A stretch of DNA of 64,000 nucleotides, taken from positions 736,001 to 800,000 of the forward strand of contig OY771506.1 in assembly GCA_963674705.1 (NCBI GenBank). The letters are read 5' to 3'. The notes beneath the pieces are model-generated. The model ran no database searches, was not told where the DNA came from, and worked only from the letters and a program-made list of their open reading frames with translations. Positions 9,414 to 23,758 of the stretch are shown piece by piece. This DNA comes from Phycisphaeraceae bacterium. Lineage in GTDB: Bacteria; Planctomycetota; Phycisphaerae; Phycisphaerales; Phycisphaeraceae. The translations under genes and the position numbers were made by a program. How positions within the stretch are numbered: position 1 is the stretch's first letter; the number at the start of each line of letters is the position of its first letter.

Positions 9414-9806
9414 TCAGGAAACGTTCTGCACCAACTCCACGGTAACACCCCGCGTGTAGATCGGGGAGATGAAGTTGATCAGCAGTGGGCCGGCGTCGAC
9501 GGGTTCGGATTCGAGGAGCTCAACCCCCTGCTCGTTTAACTGTTTGGCTGCCAGCACGATGTCGTCGACTTCAAACGCGACGTGGTGCAGGCCCCCCATC
9601 CCTTTATTGAATTTGGCAAGCACGCCGCCTCGCGGCACGACAAATTCGATCAGACCTCTCGGCCCTTGGGTGAAGATGCATTCCGCCTCATACGCGGGGA
9701 CGAACTGGCGCCGGCCCATCTCCAGGCCGAACAGATCGACCCACATCGTGACCAGCGACTCATCAGGGACGACGATGCCCACGTGATGCAATGCGGGATT
9801 GTTCAC
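9414..9806 (-). CDS. VOC family protein, methylmalonyl-CoA epimerase-like
   Basis: LHHVGIVV, IEFVVP, GLHHVAFEVDDI and C-terminal VELVQ metal-ligand pattern. Confidence 0.82.
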   Translation of the reverse strand: MNNPALHHVGIVVPDESLVTMWVDLFGLEMGRRQFVPAYEAECIFTQGPRGLIEFVVPRGGVLAKFNKGMGGLHHVAFEVDDIVLAAKQLNEQGVELLESEPVDAGPLLINFISPIYTRGVTVELVQNVS

Positions 9807-9850
9807 CTACCGGCACTCCTTGCCTTGGTCGCGATCCATCCATGCCCTTT

Positions 9851-10093
9851 TCAGGCCTTGGCCAGGTGCGCATCCACCAGCGACGCCAGTTCGCCGACGT
9901 CCTTGAGGCTGGCGACTTCAGTCCCGGTGAACCGCACGCCGAAGCGTTTTTCCACCGCCAGGATCAGGTTGACGTGCATCAGCGAGTCCCATTCGTCGAT
10001 GTCTTTGGCGGATGTGGAGCTTTCGATCTCCAGTTCATCATCGTCGAAGACCTCCTGGAAGACCTCGCTTAGCTGTTCTAATGTCTGACTCAC
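9851..10093 (-). CDS. Acyl carrier protein (80 aa)
   Basis: GTG start at 10093; acidic sequence with WDSLMH phosphopantetheine site. The track ORF is over-extended into xth. Confidence 0.9.
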   Translation of the reverse strand: MSQTLEQLSEVFQEVFDDDELEIESSTSAKDIDEWDSLMHVNLILAVEKRFGVRFTGTEVASLKDVGELASLVDAHLAKA

Positions 10094-10172
10094 GTGTACG
10101 GCTCCTGATCGGGTTAAGACTATTGAATAAGGCTTAGAATAAGCCAAGGTGGGTAGACCCGCAATGACGGAA

Positions 10173-10946
10173 TCAGTCATCCAGATCGATGGAAACCGGG
10201 GCGTGATCGGAGACGGCGAGGCCGGCCTCGCGGTCGATGTGGGCGTGCTTGAAGCGTTTGGCGGCGGCGCGGTTGGCGAGCAGGTAATCGATACGCCAGC
10301 CGCGATCCAACTTACGTGCCTGACCACGGTTACTCCACCAGGAATACGGGCCCTGAACGTCGCCGGCATGTTGGCGGATCAGGTCGGCCCAGCCGTTATC
10401 CAGCAGGTCGGTAAACCAGGCGCGTTCGTGGGGCAGGAAGCCGGAGGTTTTCTCGTTGGATTTGGCGTAGAAGATGTCGCGCTCGGTGTGGGCGATGTTG
10501 AAGTCCCCGCCGAGGATCGTCGGGACGCGCGACCTGGCGAGCTTCTGGGCCCAGGGCATGAACCGGGCCATCCACTTTTCCTTCTCGGCCTGTCGGTGGT
10601 CGCCGCTGGAGCCGGAGGGCAGGTAGACACTGACGAGGCGCAGCCCTTCGATCTTGACACTCAGGACACGGCCTTCCAGGTCCTTGTCATCATCAGATAA
10701 ACCCGTGCCAAGCACCTTCATCGGGTGGCGCGACCAGACAGCAACGCCGGCGTAGCCTTTCTTCTCAGCAGGATGCCAATGCACATGCCAACCGTCCGGC
10801 GCAGCCCATGGCATGGGAAGCTGATCGGGCAGCGCACGCACTTCCTGAAACAGCAGGACATCCGGCTTGACGCGGTCTATGTGTTCTTCAAACCCTTTAC
10901 GCAACGCGGCGCGCAGGCCGTTGACGTTCCATGTGGTGATACGCAT
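10173..10946 (-). CDS. xth: Exodeoxyribonuclease III
   Basis: TWNVNGLRA, QEVRA, GYAGVA, GDFNIAH, YSWWS, GWRIDY, SDHAPV. Confidence 0.95.
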   Translation of the reverse strand: MRITTWNVNGLRAALRKGFEEHIDRVKPDVLLFQEVRALPDQLPMPWAAPDGWHVHWHPAEKKGYAGVAVWSRHPMKVLGTGLSDDDKDLEGRVLSVKIEGLRLVSVYLPSGSSGDHRQAEKEKWMARFMPWAQKLARSRVPTILGGDFNIAHTERDIFYAKSNEKTSGFLPHERAWFTDLLDNGWADLIRQHAGDVQGPYSWWSNRGQARKLDRGWRIDYLLANRAAAKRFKHAHIDREAGLAVSDHAPVSIDLDD

Positions 10947-10966
10947 GGGAGCAGTTTAGGGGAAAC

Positions 10967-11266
10967 GGGTGTGGGGTGTGGGGAATTGTATTTATGATTT
11001 AGGATTTAGGATTTAGGATTGATGATTTTGTTTTCCCAACGCCGGTTCTGAGCGCAGCGAAGGGCCGGGTATCTTGAATGTTCAATCTTCGATGTGGAAT
11101 GTTCAATCTGTGCTAATGGCTAATGGCTAATGGCTAATGGCTGACGATCGTATATGTACAAAAACCGCCCGGACCTTCGCTGCGCTCAGGACCGGCGTTG
11201 GGGGGAAGAAACATTAACGATCAGCGATTACACATTGAACATCGCACATCGAACATTAGACATCCA
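10967..11266. repeat. Composite intergenic element: heptamer tandem arrays plus an inverted pair of family B REP-like units
   Basis: (GATTTAG)x3 from 10996; (GCTAATG)x4 from 11112; CCAACGCCGGT(T/C)CTGAGCGCAGCGAAGG at 11035-11069 with its inverted copy at 11168-11202; ACATYRN heptamers at 11232-11266. Confidence 0.85.
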
Positions 11267-11274
11267 CCCCTCCC

Positions 11275-12519
11275 CTACCGTCGTTGTTTCCACGGGGTGT
11301 CCGTCTTGCCGGGGTTGAGGTCTTTGATGAGTTCTTCGGCGAGGGGTTTGGGTTTGTGGTTGTCGTCGCGGTCGAACAGGTGTGAGTAGGCGAAGCCGGA
11401 GAAGCCGTCGGCGTGTAGTTTCTGGGTGATCGCGACCTGTTGGATGATGACGTCGGCCTTGTTGCCGAAGCTCATGCCGGGCACGACCCAACCCTTTTCA
11501 GGTTTTCGGTCGAGCAGCGATTTGCTGCGCTGGGTGAATTGGGCGTTGTCGCCGGTGTAGTTCATCGTGATCGCGGCGTCGAGGTAGCCTTTCTTCATCC
11601 AGGTGACGTAGTCCTGCATCTTGGTCTTGTAGGCATCGTCGGGATCGGCCATGACCGAGGCGCTGATGATGAGGTTGGGCTTGATCTTGCGGACGCGCTC
11701 GCTGATCTTGCGAGTGGTTTCGGTGATCTGCGCGGCCCGCCATTTGATCCAGGCGTCGGGGTCGAGGTCGGGCGCAGCGATGCCGGTCTCTTTGCTGAAA
11801 CGGGCGAGGCTGACGGGGTCGAACGACCAGTTGCCGAGTTTCTTTTCACGGGCTTCGTAGCCTTCGGCGACTTCGTGGATCTCGCGCGGGTATCGGATGT
11901 AGTCGTAGTGCAGGCCGTCGAGGTCGTAGTTTGTAACGAGTTCTTCGCAGAGGTCCGCCAGGTAATCCTGCACCTCGGGGACGCCGGGGCTGATGAAGCT
12001 GTACCAGTCGCGTTTGTTATCGATCTCCTGGTCACGGGGGATCATGCGTTTGCCGGCGGCGTCACACATGAACCAGTCGGGGTGTTCCCACCAGAGTTGG
12101 CCGCTGTCCTTCGGTGGGAACTTCTGCGAACGCCAAGCGGGGAAGACGTTGAAGTAGGCGTGCACCTCGATGCCTCGCTTGTGTGCCTCGGCGATGGCGA
12201 TCTTCAGCGGGTCCCAGCCGGGGTCTTTGCCGGTCGTCTCCGGGCCTTCGCTGGTCAACTCCCAGGCCCAAGGTTCGATCTTGGACGGGTAGAACACCGT
12301 GCCGTTGCCGCGGACCTGGAAGAGGATGACATTGAAGCGCATGGAAGCGCAGTTATTGATGATCTTGCGGACATCCTCGGGTTTCTTGTAGTCCCAGCGT
12401 GTGACCCAGATCGCACGGACCTGTTTGTCGGGCCGGGCGGCTTGTGCGGGGGCGATGGCGAGCAGACTTAATAGTGAAACCAGAGCTGTGACGAGGAATT
12501 TTTGCCAAAGACGGGTCAT
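11275..12519 (-). CDS. Secreted glycoside hydrolase-like family 10 (GHL10, YddW/DigH-like) protein
   Basis: Signal peptide; RAIWV, FQVRGNG, DPL..AIAEAHKRGIEVHAY, YDLDGLHYDYIRYP. Confidence 0.85.
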   Translation of the reverse strand: MTRLWQKFLVTALVSLLSLLAIAPAQAARPDKQVRAIWVTRWDYKKPEDVRKIINNCASMRFNVILFQVRGNGTVFYPSKIEPWAWELTSEGPETTGKDPGWDPLKIAIAEAHKRGIEVHAYFNVFPAWRSQKFPPKDSGQLWWEHPDWFMCDAAGKRMIPRDQEIDNKRDWYSFISPGVPEVQDYLADLCEELVTNYDLDGLHYDYIRYPREIHEVAEGYEAREKKLGNWSFDPVSLARFSKETGIAAPDLDPDAWIKWRAAQITETTRKISERVRKIKPNLIISASVMADPDDAYKTKMQDYVTWMKKGYLDAAITMNYTGDNAQFTQRSKSLLDRKPEKGWVVPGMSFGNKADVIIQQVAITQKLHADGFSGFAYSHLFDRDDNHKPKPLAEELIKDLNPGKTDTPWKQRR

Positions 12520-12623
12520 TATCTTGCTCCGAAAGATGATTGCAGGACACCCAGGACAGACCCCAAGACAGGTCTATCAGACGTGCGTTAATTATATAAT
12601 AAATCGACGGCTGTGGGTATCAC

Positions 12624-14126
12624 TCACCCCGCGCTGGACATCTGGCCGGTGTTCATGCGGGGGGCGGGCAGGTCGGAGTTGCCCATGATATAGGTATCGA
12701 TGCAGCGGGCGGCGCCACGGCCTTCGGCGATGGCCCAGACGACCAGGGACTGGCCCCGTCGGCAGTCGCCGGCGGCGAAGATGCCTTCGATGCTGGTGGC
12801 GAAGCGGCCGTACTCGGCTTTGAAGTTGCTGCGCTCGTCGCGTTCGAGTTCGAGCTTGTCGGCGAGCGTGTCTTCGGGGCCGAGGAAACCCATCGCCAGG
12901 GTGACGAGGTCGGCGGGGAACTCGCGTTCGGAGCCGGGGACTTCGGTCATCTGGAATCGGCCGCTATCGTCTTTCTTCCATTCGACCTGGATGGTCTTGA
13001 CGGCCTTGACGTGGCCGTTGCCGTCATCGACGAATTCCTTGGTGAGGATGCAGAACTCGCGTGGGTCCTTGCCGAACTTGACAGCGACTTCCTCGTGGCC
13101 GTAGTCGACGCGGAAGATGCGGGGCCACTGCGGCCAGGGGTTGTCATCGGCGCGCTGGACGGGCGGGACGGGCAAAAGCTCGAAGTTGACGACGGACTTG
13201 CAGCCGTGGCGCATGGAGGTGCCAAGGCAGTCGGTGCCGGTGTCGCCGCCGCCGATGACGATGACGTTTTTATCTTTGGCGGAGATGTAGTTGCCGTCTT
13301 TCAGGTTGGAATCCAGGAAGCTCTTGGTGTTCTTGTGGAGGAACTCCATGGCAAAGTGGATGCCCTTGAGGTCTCGGCCTGGCACGGGCAGGTCGCGCGG
13401 GACGGTCGCGCCGCAGGCGAGCAGGATCGCATCGTAATCGTGGCGCAGCTTGTTGATGTCGACATCGACGCCGACGTGTGCGTTGGTGATGAAGCCGACG
13501 CCTTCTTCGATCATGCGGTCGATGCGTCGCTGGACGATGTTTTTGTCGAGCTTCATGTTGGGGATGCCGTACATCAGCAGCCCGCCGACGCGGTCGTCGC
13601 GTTCGTAGACGGTGACGGTGTGGCCGGCCTTGTTGAGCTGATCGGCGGCGGCAAGCCCGGCGGGGCCGGAGCCGACGATGGCGACGCTCTTACCCGTGCG
13701 GTCGGCGGGCGGCATCGGCTTGACCCAACCTTCTTCATAGCTGCGGTCGATGATGTTGCACTCGATGCTCTTGATCGTCACGGGTGGTTCGGTCACGCCC
13801 AGGCAGCAGGAACCCTCGCACGGCGCAGGACAGACCCGGCCGGTGAATTCGGGGAAGTTGTTGGTCTTGGCCAGGCGTTCGTACGCGCCGCGCCAATCGC
13901 CGTGGAAGACCTTGTCGTTCCATTCGGGGATAAGGTTGTCGATCGGGCAGCCGGTCTCGGACTGACAGAACGGCACACCACAATCCATGCAGCGCGCACC
14001 CTGCTCGCGGAGCATCTGTTCATCTGCGTGCTCGATGATCTCGTAGAAGTCGTTGATCCGCACGTCCGGCGCGCGGGAGGTCATCGGCTGTCGCTCGTAT
14101 TCCAAGAATCCTGTTGGCTTACCCAA
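12624..14126 (-). CDS. gltD: Glutamate synthase small subunit
   Basis: Probable TTG start with GGAG RBS (MGKPTGF); [54 protein letters not shown]. Confidence 0.96.
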   Translation of the reverse strand: MGKPTGFLEYERQPMTSRAPDVRINDFYEIIEHADEQMLREQGARCMDCGVPFCQSETGCPIDNLIPEWNDKVFHGDWRGAYERLAKTNNFPEFTGRVCPAPCEGSCCLGVTEPPVTIKSIECNIIDRSYEEGWVKPMPPADRTGKSVAIVGSGPAGLAAADQLNKAGHTVTVYERDDRVGGLLMYGIPNMKLDKNIVQRRIDRMIEEGVGFITNAHVGVDVDINKLRHDYDAILLACGATVPRDLPVPGRDLKGIHFAMEFLHKNTKSFLDSNLKDGNYISAKDKNVIVIGGGDTGTDCLGTSMRHGCKSVVNFELLPVPPVQRADDNPWPQWPRIFRVDYGHEEVAVKFGKDPREFCILTKEFVDDGNGHVKAVKTIQVEWKKDDSGRFQMTEVPGSEREFPADLVTLAMGFLGPEDTLADKLELERDERSNFKAEYGRFATSIEGIFAAGDCRRGQSLVVWAIAEGRGAARCIDTYIMGNSDLPAPRMNTGQMSSAG

Positions 14127-14228
14127 GGTCAGTCTCCAAGTTTTGAACACCTCAACACAACGAGGGGTCCGTTCTAAATCAGCGTTGCGCGGCGGGGCCA
14201 CGTGCTTGTCCTGAATCATCCGGTCCAC

Positions 14229-18916
<4,688 letters not shown>

Positions 18917-18920
<4 letters not shown>

Positions 18921-19867
18921 ATACCCGCTCCCATGAGTGCGGTGTTGTCGTGTTGAATCTGTTGGTCGAAGTCTGAGTCGGGCCCGGCATGGGCGACGAG
19001 GAAGTCGGCGAAGGCCTGGGCCTCGGGCGGGAAGGCTGAGCCGTTACGGCAGCGGCGTTTGCAGATGATGCCCATCGGCCTGACGAGCCTGGGCGTCAGT
19101 GGCAGCATCGCCAGCGTCCCGGCCGCCACCTCTCGCATCACCGTACGGTCCGGCAGGATCGTCACCTGCTGTGTCACGGCCACCGCCCCCTTGAGCGTGT
19201 CGATGTTGTCGAACACGTTGATGATCGTGGGCTTGGCGTTATGCGACTTGAAGTACTCACGAATCCGACGTCCTACCGGCAGGTCCGGCTCAAAGGTCAC
19301 CATCTCGTATTGCTGCAGGTCCTTAACATCTACCTGCTTGCTAGCGAGGATGGGGTGCTGTGGATTGCACACGACCACCATCGTCTCGTCCCGCAGTGGG
19401 ATGCAATCGACCTTACGCCAAGTCTCCGGGTAGGACACGATGCCCATATCGCTCTCACCGTCGTGGACAGCCTGGTAGACCAGCTCGGGCCTGACGTAAC
19501 GGATTTCAACGGAGATCTTCTTGTGCTGTTCGATGAACTGCTTGCGCGCTCGGCTCAGCAGGTCGATCCCGGCCGAGTAGATCGCACTGACGCGGACCAG
19601 GCCCTCCGGGTCCTTGGTCAGCCCGGCGACCCTGGCTTCGAGGTTCTCGTATTCCTGGACCAGAGACTCACAACCTCGGGCGAAGATCGCCCCGGCATGG
19701 GTCACCGCCAGCGGGCGGACGGAGCGGTCCAGCAGCGTCACGCCCAGCTTTTTCTCCAGTTGCCCGATGCGCTGGCTGGCTGCGGATTGACTGATACCGT
19801 GCAGCTCCGCCGCCTGGGAGAAGCTGTGGTGTTTGACCACGTCGGCAAATAGCTTGAGCGTCTGCAT
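18917..19867 (-). CDS. LysR family transcriptional regulator
   Basis: [37 protein letters not shown]; stop overlaps the gltB start by 4 nt. Start could be 19867 or 19885. Confidence 0.93.
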
Positions 19868-19896
19868 TGGTTCGTACACGCACACACACTTCTATA

Positions 19897-19943
19897 ATAA
19901 GTATAATTAATACCTAAGCTCGCAGTTCATAACTTTAACTTAT
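19897..19943. promoter_or_regulatory. Two putative LysR T-N11-A boxes
   Basis: ATAAGTATAATTAAT (19897-19911) and palindromic ATAACTTTAACTTAT (19929-19943) in AT-rich DNA just upstream of the LysR gene. Confidence 0.55.
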
Positions 19944-20096
19944 CCAAGACGGGAAAGCAAGGGATTTAAGGCCTCCACAAGAGATCAAAAAGACTTTTCT
20001 TGTATTGGTTGATATCTAAAGCTGTGACATAGACTTGTCCGATCGGATAGCAACCGTAGAGATGGCAACAGGTTGGCCGATAGTTATTTACAGCGT

Positions 20097-21233
20097 ATGA
20101 ATGAGGATCGCCCTACGATCGGCCACGTGTTACACCAGCTCAACCGCGCCGGCGCGGAGATGCTCGCGGCGGACCTTGCGCGGAAGCTGCGGGATCGGTA
20201 TCGGTTCATCTTCCTGTGCCTGGACGGTATCGGGACACTGGGCGAAGAGCTGGCAGCGGAAGGCTTCACGGTTGTCGAGCTGGATCGAAAGCCGGGTATT
20301 GACTGGAAGGTCGCCAACCGGTTGCGTGCGGTGGTGAAGCAGCAAGGCATCCACCTGCTACATGCTCATCAGTACACGCCCTTCTTTTATGCCTCGTGTT
20401 CGCGACGGTTTTCGGTCCTGCCGCCGATTCTTTTTACCGAGCACGGCCGACACTACCCCGATCAGCGCAAGCCCAAGCGCGTGCTGGCCAACCGCTGGCT
20501 GATCAAGCCGCATGACCGTGTGACCGCGGTCGGCAGGTTCGTAAAACAGGCGCTGATTGATAACGAGGGGATCGCGGAAGGCCGGATCAAGGTGATTTAC
20601 AACGGGATCGACCCGGATGACTTCCCCCCTGCCGACGCTGAATCGCGCAAACGTGCCCGGCAGATCATCGGTGTGGATGATGAAGTGCCGCTATTGATGC
20701 AGGTAGCTCGGTTCCATTCGGTGAAAGACCACGCCACGGCCATCCGGGCGATGGCGCAGGTCGCTGCGGGCTTCGCCCAGGCGAAGCTGTGCCTGATCGG
20801 TGAGGGTGATGAGCGAAGCCACATCGAGGCGCTGGTCAGCGAGTTGGACATCCGCGAGAACGTGATTTTCATGGGCGCGCGGGCCGATGTGGCAGCGTTA
20901 CTGCCGGCTGCGGATGTGTTTGTCTTGTCGAGCCTGAGTGAAGGCATTTCCGTAACGCTGCTTGAAGCGATGGCAACCGGGTTGCCGATCGCGGCGACGG
21001 ATGTGGGCGGGAATCCCGAGGTTGTGGAGCACGAAGAAACGGGCCTGCTGTCGCCGCGAGAGGACGATGAAGCCTTGGCGATGAATCTGATGAGTCTGCT
21101 CAATGATGCGGATCGACGCCGGTCGATGGGCAACAAGGGTCGGGCACGACTGCTGGAGACATTCACGCAAGAACGCATGCACCAGCAGTACACGCAGCAC
21201 TACAGCCGTCTGCTGGGCATGGAGGCGGGGTAG
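20097..21233 (+). CDS. Glycosyltransferase family 4
   Basis: GAE motif, IYNGID, VARFHSVKDH, SLSEGISVTLLEAMATGLP, TDVGGNPE. Confidence 0.92.
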   Translation: MNEDRPTIGHVLHQLNRAGAEMLAADLARKLRDRYRFIFLCLDGIGTLGEELAAEGFTVVELDRKPGIDWKVANRLRAVVKQQGIHLLHAHQYTPFFYASCSRRFSVLPPILFTEHGRHYPDQRKPKRVLANRWLIKPHDRVTAVGRFVKQALIDNEGIAEGRIKVIYNGIDPDDFPPADAESRKRARQIIGVDDEVPLLMQVARFHSVKDHATAIRAMAQVAAGFAQAKLCLIGEGDERSHIEALVSELDIRENVIFMGARADVAALLPAADVFVLSSLSEGISVTLLEAMATGLPIAATDVGGNPEVVEHEETGLLSPREDDEALAMNLMSLLNDADRRRSMGNKGRARLLETFTQERMHQQYTQHYSRLLGMEAG

Positions 21234-21298
21234 GCCATTTGATCTTTCATCAATAATGTCTGGCGCTATCGCCAACTTGATTAGCCTACAATCCGGTT

Positions 21299-22168
21299 AT
21301 GAAGAACAAAAGATTATCTATTGTCATGGGGACGCTGGTTTTACTTGCGGTGCTCAGCCCTTCGCTGCTGGCTCAGTCTGAAACATTCGAATCATTCACA
21401 CATGCATGGCGGGATGACCCCGTGTGGTTTGATGGCAAGGCCGAGTGCGCCACGTATGAAGCGACGCGCACGATCTACGGCAAGCCGCGAACCTACACCG
21501 CACGCATCTACATCAATAAGGAACACGCCAGCCCTGAAACTTTCACGAAAAGTCCCGATGGAACAGGGCGTGCGGTTTTCAAGCTGCACGTGCGTGATGA
21601 TATCCCAACTGAAAATTACACGTATCATTTTTCGACGATGTGTTACGTGGGCCAGGACGATCTGAAGAGCCTGAAGCTGGACATGGGATCGCAGGAAGAC
21701 TGCGGTGCAACGTTCAAACAGTACATCAATCACGCGGGAACACTTCGCTGGCGTCAATTCAGCTACTTCCCAGATGAGGGGGAGCGCGGCGATGAACTGA
21801 AGCCTGAAACCAACTTTGCGTTTCAGGACGCACTACCGCTGATTTTGCGAGGGTATCCTTTTGATAATCCGCCCAAGACACTGGAACTGCAGCTGTTGCG
21901 TGATCAGACGGATACGCACCTGACCTTACCGGACGAATTAAAAACCGGTGTTGCGATCGTGACATACAAAGGGGTCGATTGGATTGGTGTGCCTAATCAA
22001 GACGATAAGGCCCATCACTTGGTCGTCCACCTTGCACCGGACTGGGTAGAGCATTACTGGTTTGCGGCGGACCCGGAGTTGTTACACGTCATGGTCCGGC
22101 ATGAGGGTGGGCATGGGATAAAATATGAATTAAAAACACTTGAACGTCGTGCATACTGGCGTCGCTAG
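21299..22168 (+). CDS. Secreted hypothetical protein
   Basis: Signal peptide MKNKRLSIV...LLAQ; 289-aa ORF; family not recognised. Confidence 0.75.
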   Translation: MKNKRLSIVMGTLVLLAVLSPSLLAQSETFESFTHAWRDDPVWFDGKAECATYEATRTIYGKPRTYTARIYINKEHASPETFTKSPDGTGRAVFKLHVRDDIPTENYTYHFSTMCYVGQDDLKSLKLDMGSQEDCGATFKQYINHAGTLRWRQFSYFPDEGERGDELKPETNFAFQDALPLILRGYPFDNPPKTLELQLLRDQTDTHLTLPDELKTGVAIVTYKGVDWIGVPNQDDKAHHLVVHLAPDWVEHYWFAADPELLHVMVRHEGGHGIKYELKTLERRAYWRR

Positions 22169-22235
22169 GGCCTCTGGCCCGATGTAAGGGGTTGTACTAG
22201 GATGTGCAGGCTAACCCCACGAGGGCGAAAGATTG

Positions 22236-23750
22236 ATGCGTAAACGTATCCTGCTGCTGAGCCTGTTCTTTTTATGGGCGTATGCTTCACTGGCCTACGC
22301 CGGGCCGTTGGATGGTGCGCTTGAGCAACTACTTAACAGCCGGGACCTGCGCGGCACAAGCTATTCAATCTGCGTGATTGATGCGGATACCAACGAACTG
22401 CTCGCCGAGATCCGTGCCGATGAACCGATGATCCCGGCCAGCAACATGAAACTGCTGACCACCGCATCGGCGCTGGACATGCTGGGTGCTAATTTTGTTT
22501 TCCGGACCGAACTCGGTGTGATCCCCGAATCCCCCAATATGGGGAGCCAACTTATCATCCGGGGCGACGGCGATCCGGCGCTGGGCGATCCGATTCTGCT
22601 TAAGGAAGCCAACCTTACCGCAGAAGACCTGCTTACGCAGTGGGTCGATGCTGTGAAACAAACCGGCCAGACACACTTCGCACGGCTGATCGTGGACGAC
22701 ACGGTGTTCGACCAGCAGATGGTGCATCCCTCCTGGCCCGAGGGGCAGTTGCACAAGCACTACTGCGCCCAGGTCGCCGGGATCAACTTCCACGACAACT
22801 GCTTGCACATATTGCCTTCACCGGCAAGCCGTGTCGGCGCGGCCCCGCGATACGAACTGTATCCGGATTCACCCTTCCTGACGGTTTTCAACAGCGCGGT
22901 TACCGGCAAAGCCAACGAAGTGTGGATGGATCGCAAGCCCGGCACGAATGAGCTGACGTTGAAGGGGCGGGTTAAATCTACGTTCTATTCGCCGATACGT
23001 GTGACGCTCAACGATCCGCCGGTATACCTGGCGCAGTTGCTTATCGATCGACTCGGTAAAGCGGGGATACAGGTCGACCAGGTCGGTCGGCTTGTGCCGG
23101 GCCAGGCGTTGCCGGCGTATCAACCGATCCATCGTGTCGAAACCGTTTTGCCGGCGGTATTGCGGCGGACGAACCAGGACTCGATGAACCTGTTCGCCGA
23201 GGCGTTGCTCAAGCGGATGGGGCATGCGTTGACCGGCTCCTCCGGCAACTGGGAAAACGGCGCCGCTGCGATCCGTCACGCCTTAACCGAACGTCTGGGC
23301 ACGCATGCCACCGGCGCGACGATCGCCGACGGCAGCGGTCTTAGCCGAGATAACAAGGTGACGGCACGCGTGTTGGCTGAACTGCTGCAATCGATGCATC
23401 AAGATGCGGAGAAAGGCCCGATCTTCCTGGCGAGTCTTTCCTATAACGGAAAGGTCGAGCCAGACGAATCCATGGGCGACGGCACACTCGACGGGCGGTT
23501 CCGCAAGCTGCCAACCGGCCATTGGGTCTACGGTAAAAGCGGCTATATCCGCGGCGTCTCCGCGCTGTCCGGCTACCTGATCATCACCGATCCCAACGCA
23601 GCGACCGAACCCGGTAAGCCCATTGCCACCAAGCACACGATCGCGTTCAGCTTCCTGTTCAACGGCTTCCCGCCTTCGATCTCCAACGCCAGCATGAAAG
23701 ATCTGCAGGACCGGATGGTCGAGGTGATTGATCGGGAAGTTGGGGGATGA
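22236..23750 (+). CDS. dacB: D-alanyl-D-alanine carboxypeptidase/endopeptidase (PBP4, peptidase S13)
   Basis: Signal peptide, PASNMK (SxxK), GDGDP, SMN (SxN), DGSGLSRDN, KSG. Confidence 0.93.
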   Translation: MRKRILLLSLFFLWAYASLAYAGPLDGALEQLLNSRDLRGTSYSICVIDADTNELLAEIRADEPMIPASNMKLLTTASALDMLGANFVFRTELGVIPESPNMGSQLIIRGDGDPALGDPILLKEANLTAEDLLTQWVDAVKQTGQTHFARLIVDDTVFDQQMVHPSWPEGQLHKHYCAQVAGINFHDNCLHILPSPASRVGAAPRYELYPDSPFLTVFNSAVTGKANEVWMDRKPGTNELTLKGRVKSTFYSPIRVTLNDPPVYLAQLLIDRLGKAGIQVDQVGRLVPGQALPAYQPIHRVETVLPAVLRRTNQDSMNLFAEALLKRMGHALTGSSGNWENGAAAIRHALTERLGTHATGATIADGSGLSRDNKVTARVLAELLQSMHQDAEKGPIFLASLSYNGKVEPDESMGDGTLDGRFRKLPTGHWVYGKSGYIRGVSALSGYLIITDPNAATEPGKPIATKHTIAFSFLFNGFPPSISNASMKDLQDRMVEVIDREVGG

Positions 23751-23758
23751 ATCTAATT

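Noticed and set aside
6570..10093. Polyketide or methoxymalonyl-ACP biosynthetic cluster
   Set aside because: No ketosynthase, NRPS or FkbI/FkbK-type dehydrogenases nearby; the MBOAT/peptide/SGNH context fits envelope acylation better.
10967..11266. Possible CRISPR array
   Set aside because: Repeats are 7-mers or inverted pairs, not 25-45-nt direct repeats with regular unique spacers; no cas genes in the window.
20057..20083. Sigma-28-like promoter before the GT4 gene (TAGA-N15-GCCGATAG)
   Set aside because: Imperfect -35 and GCCGAT is frequent in GC-rich DNA; too weak to call.
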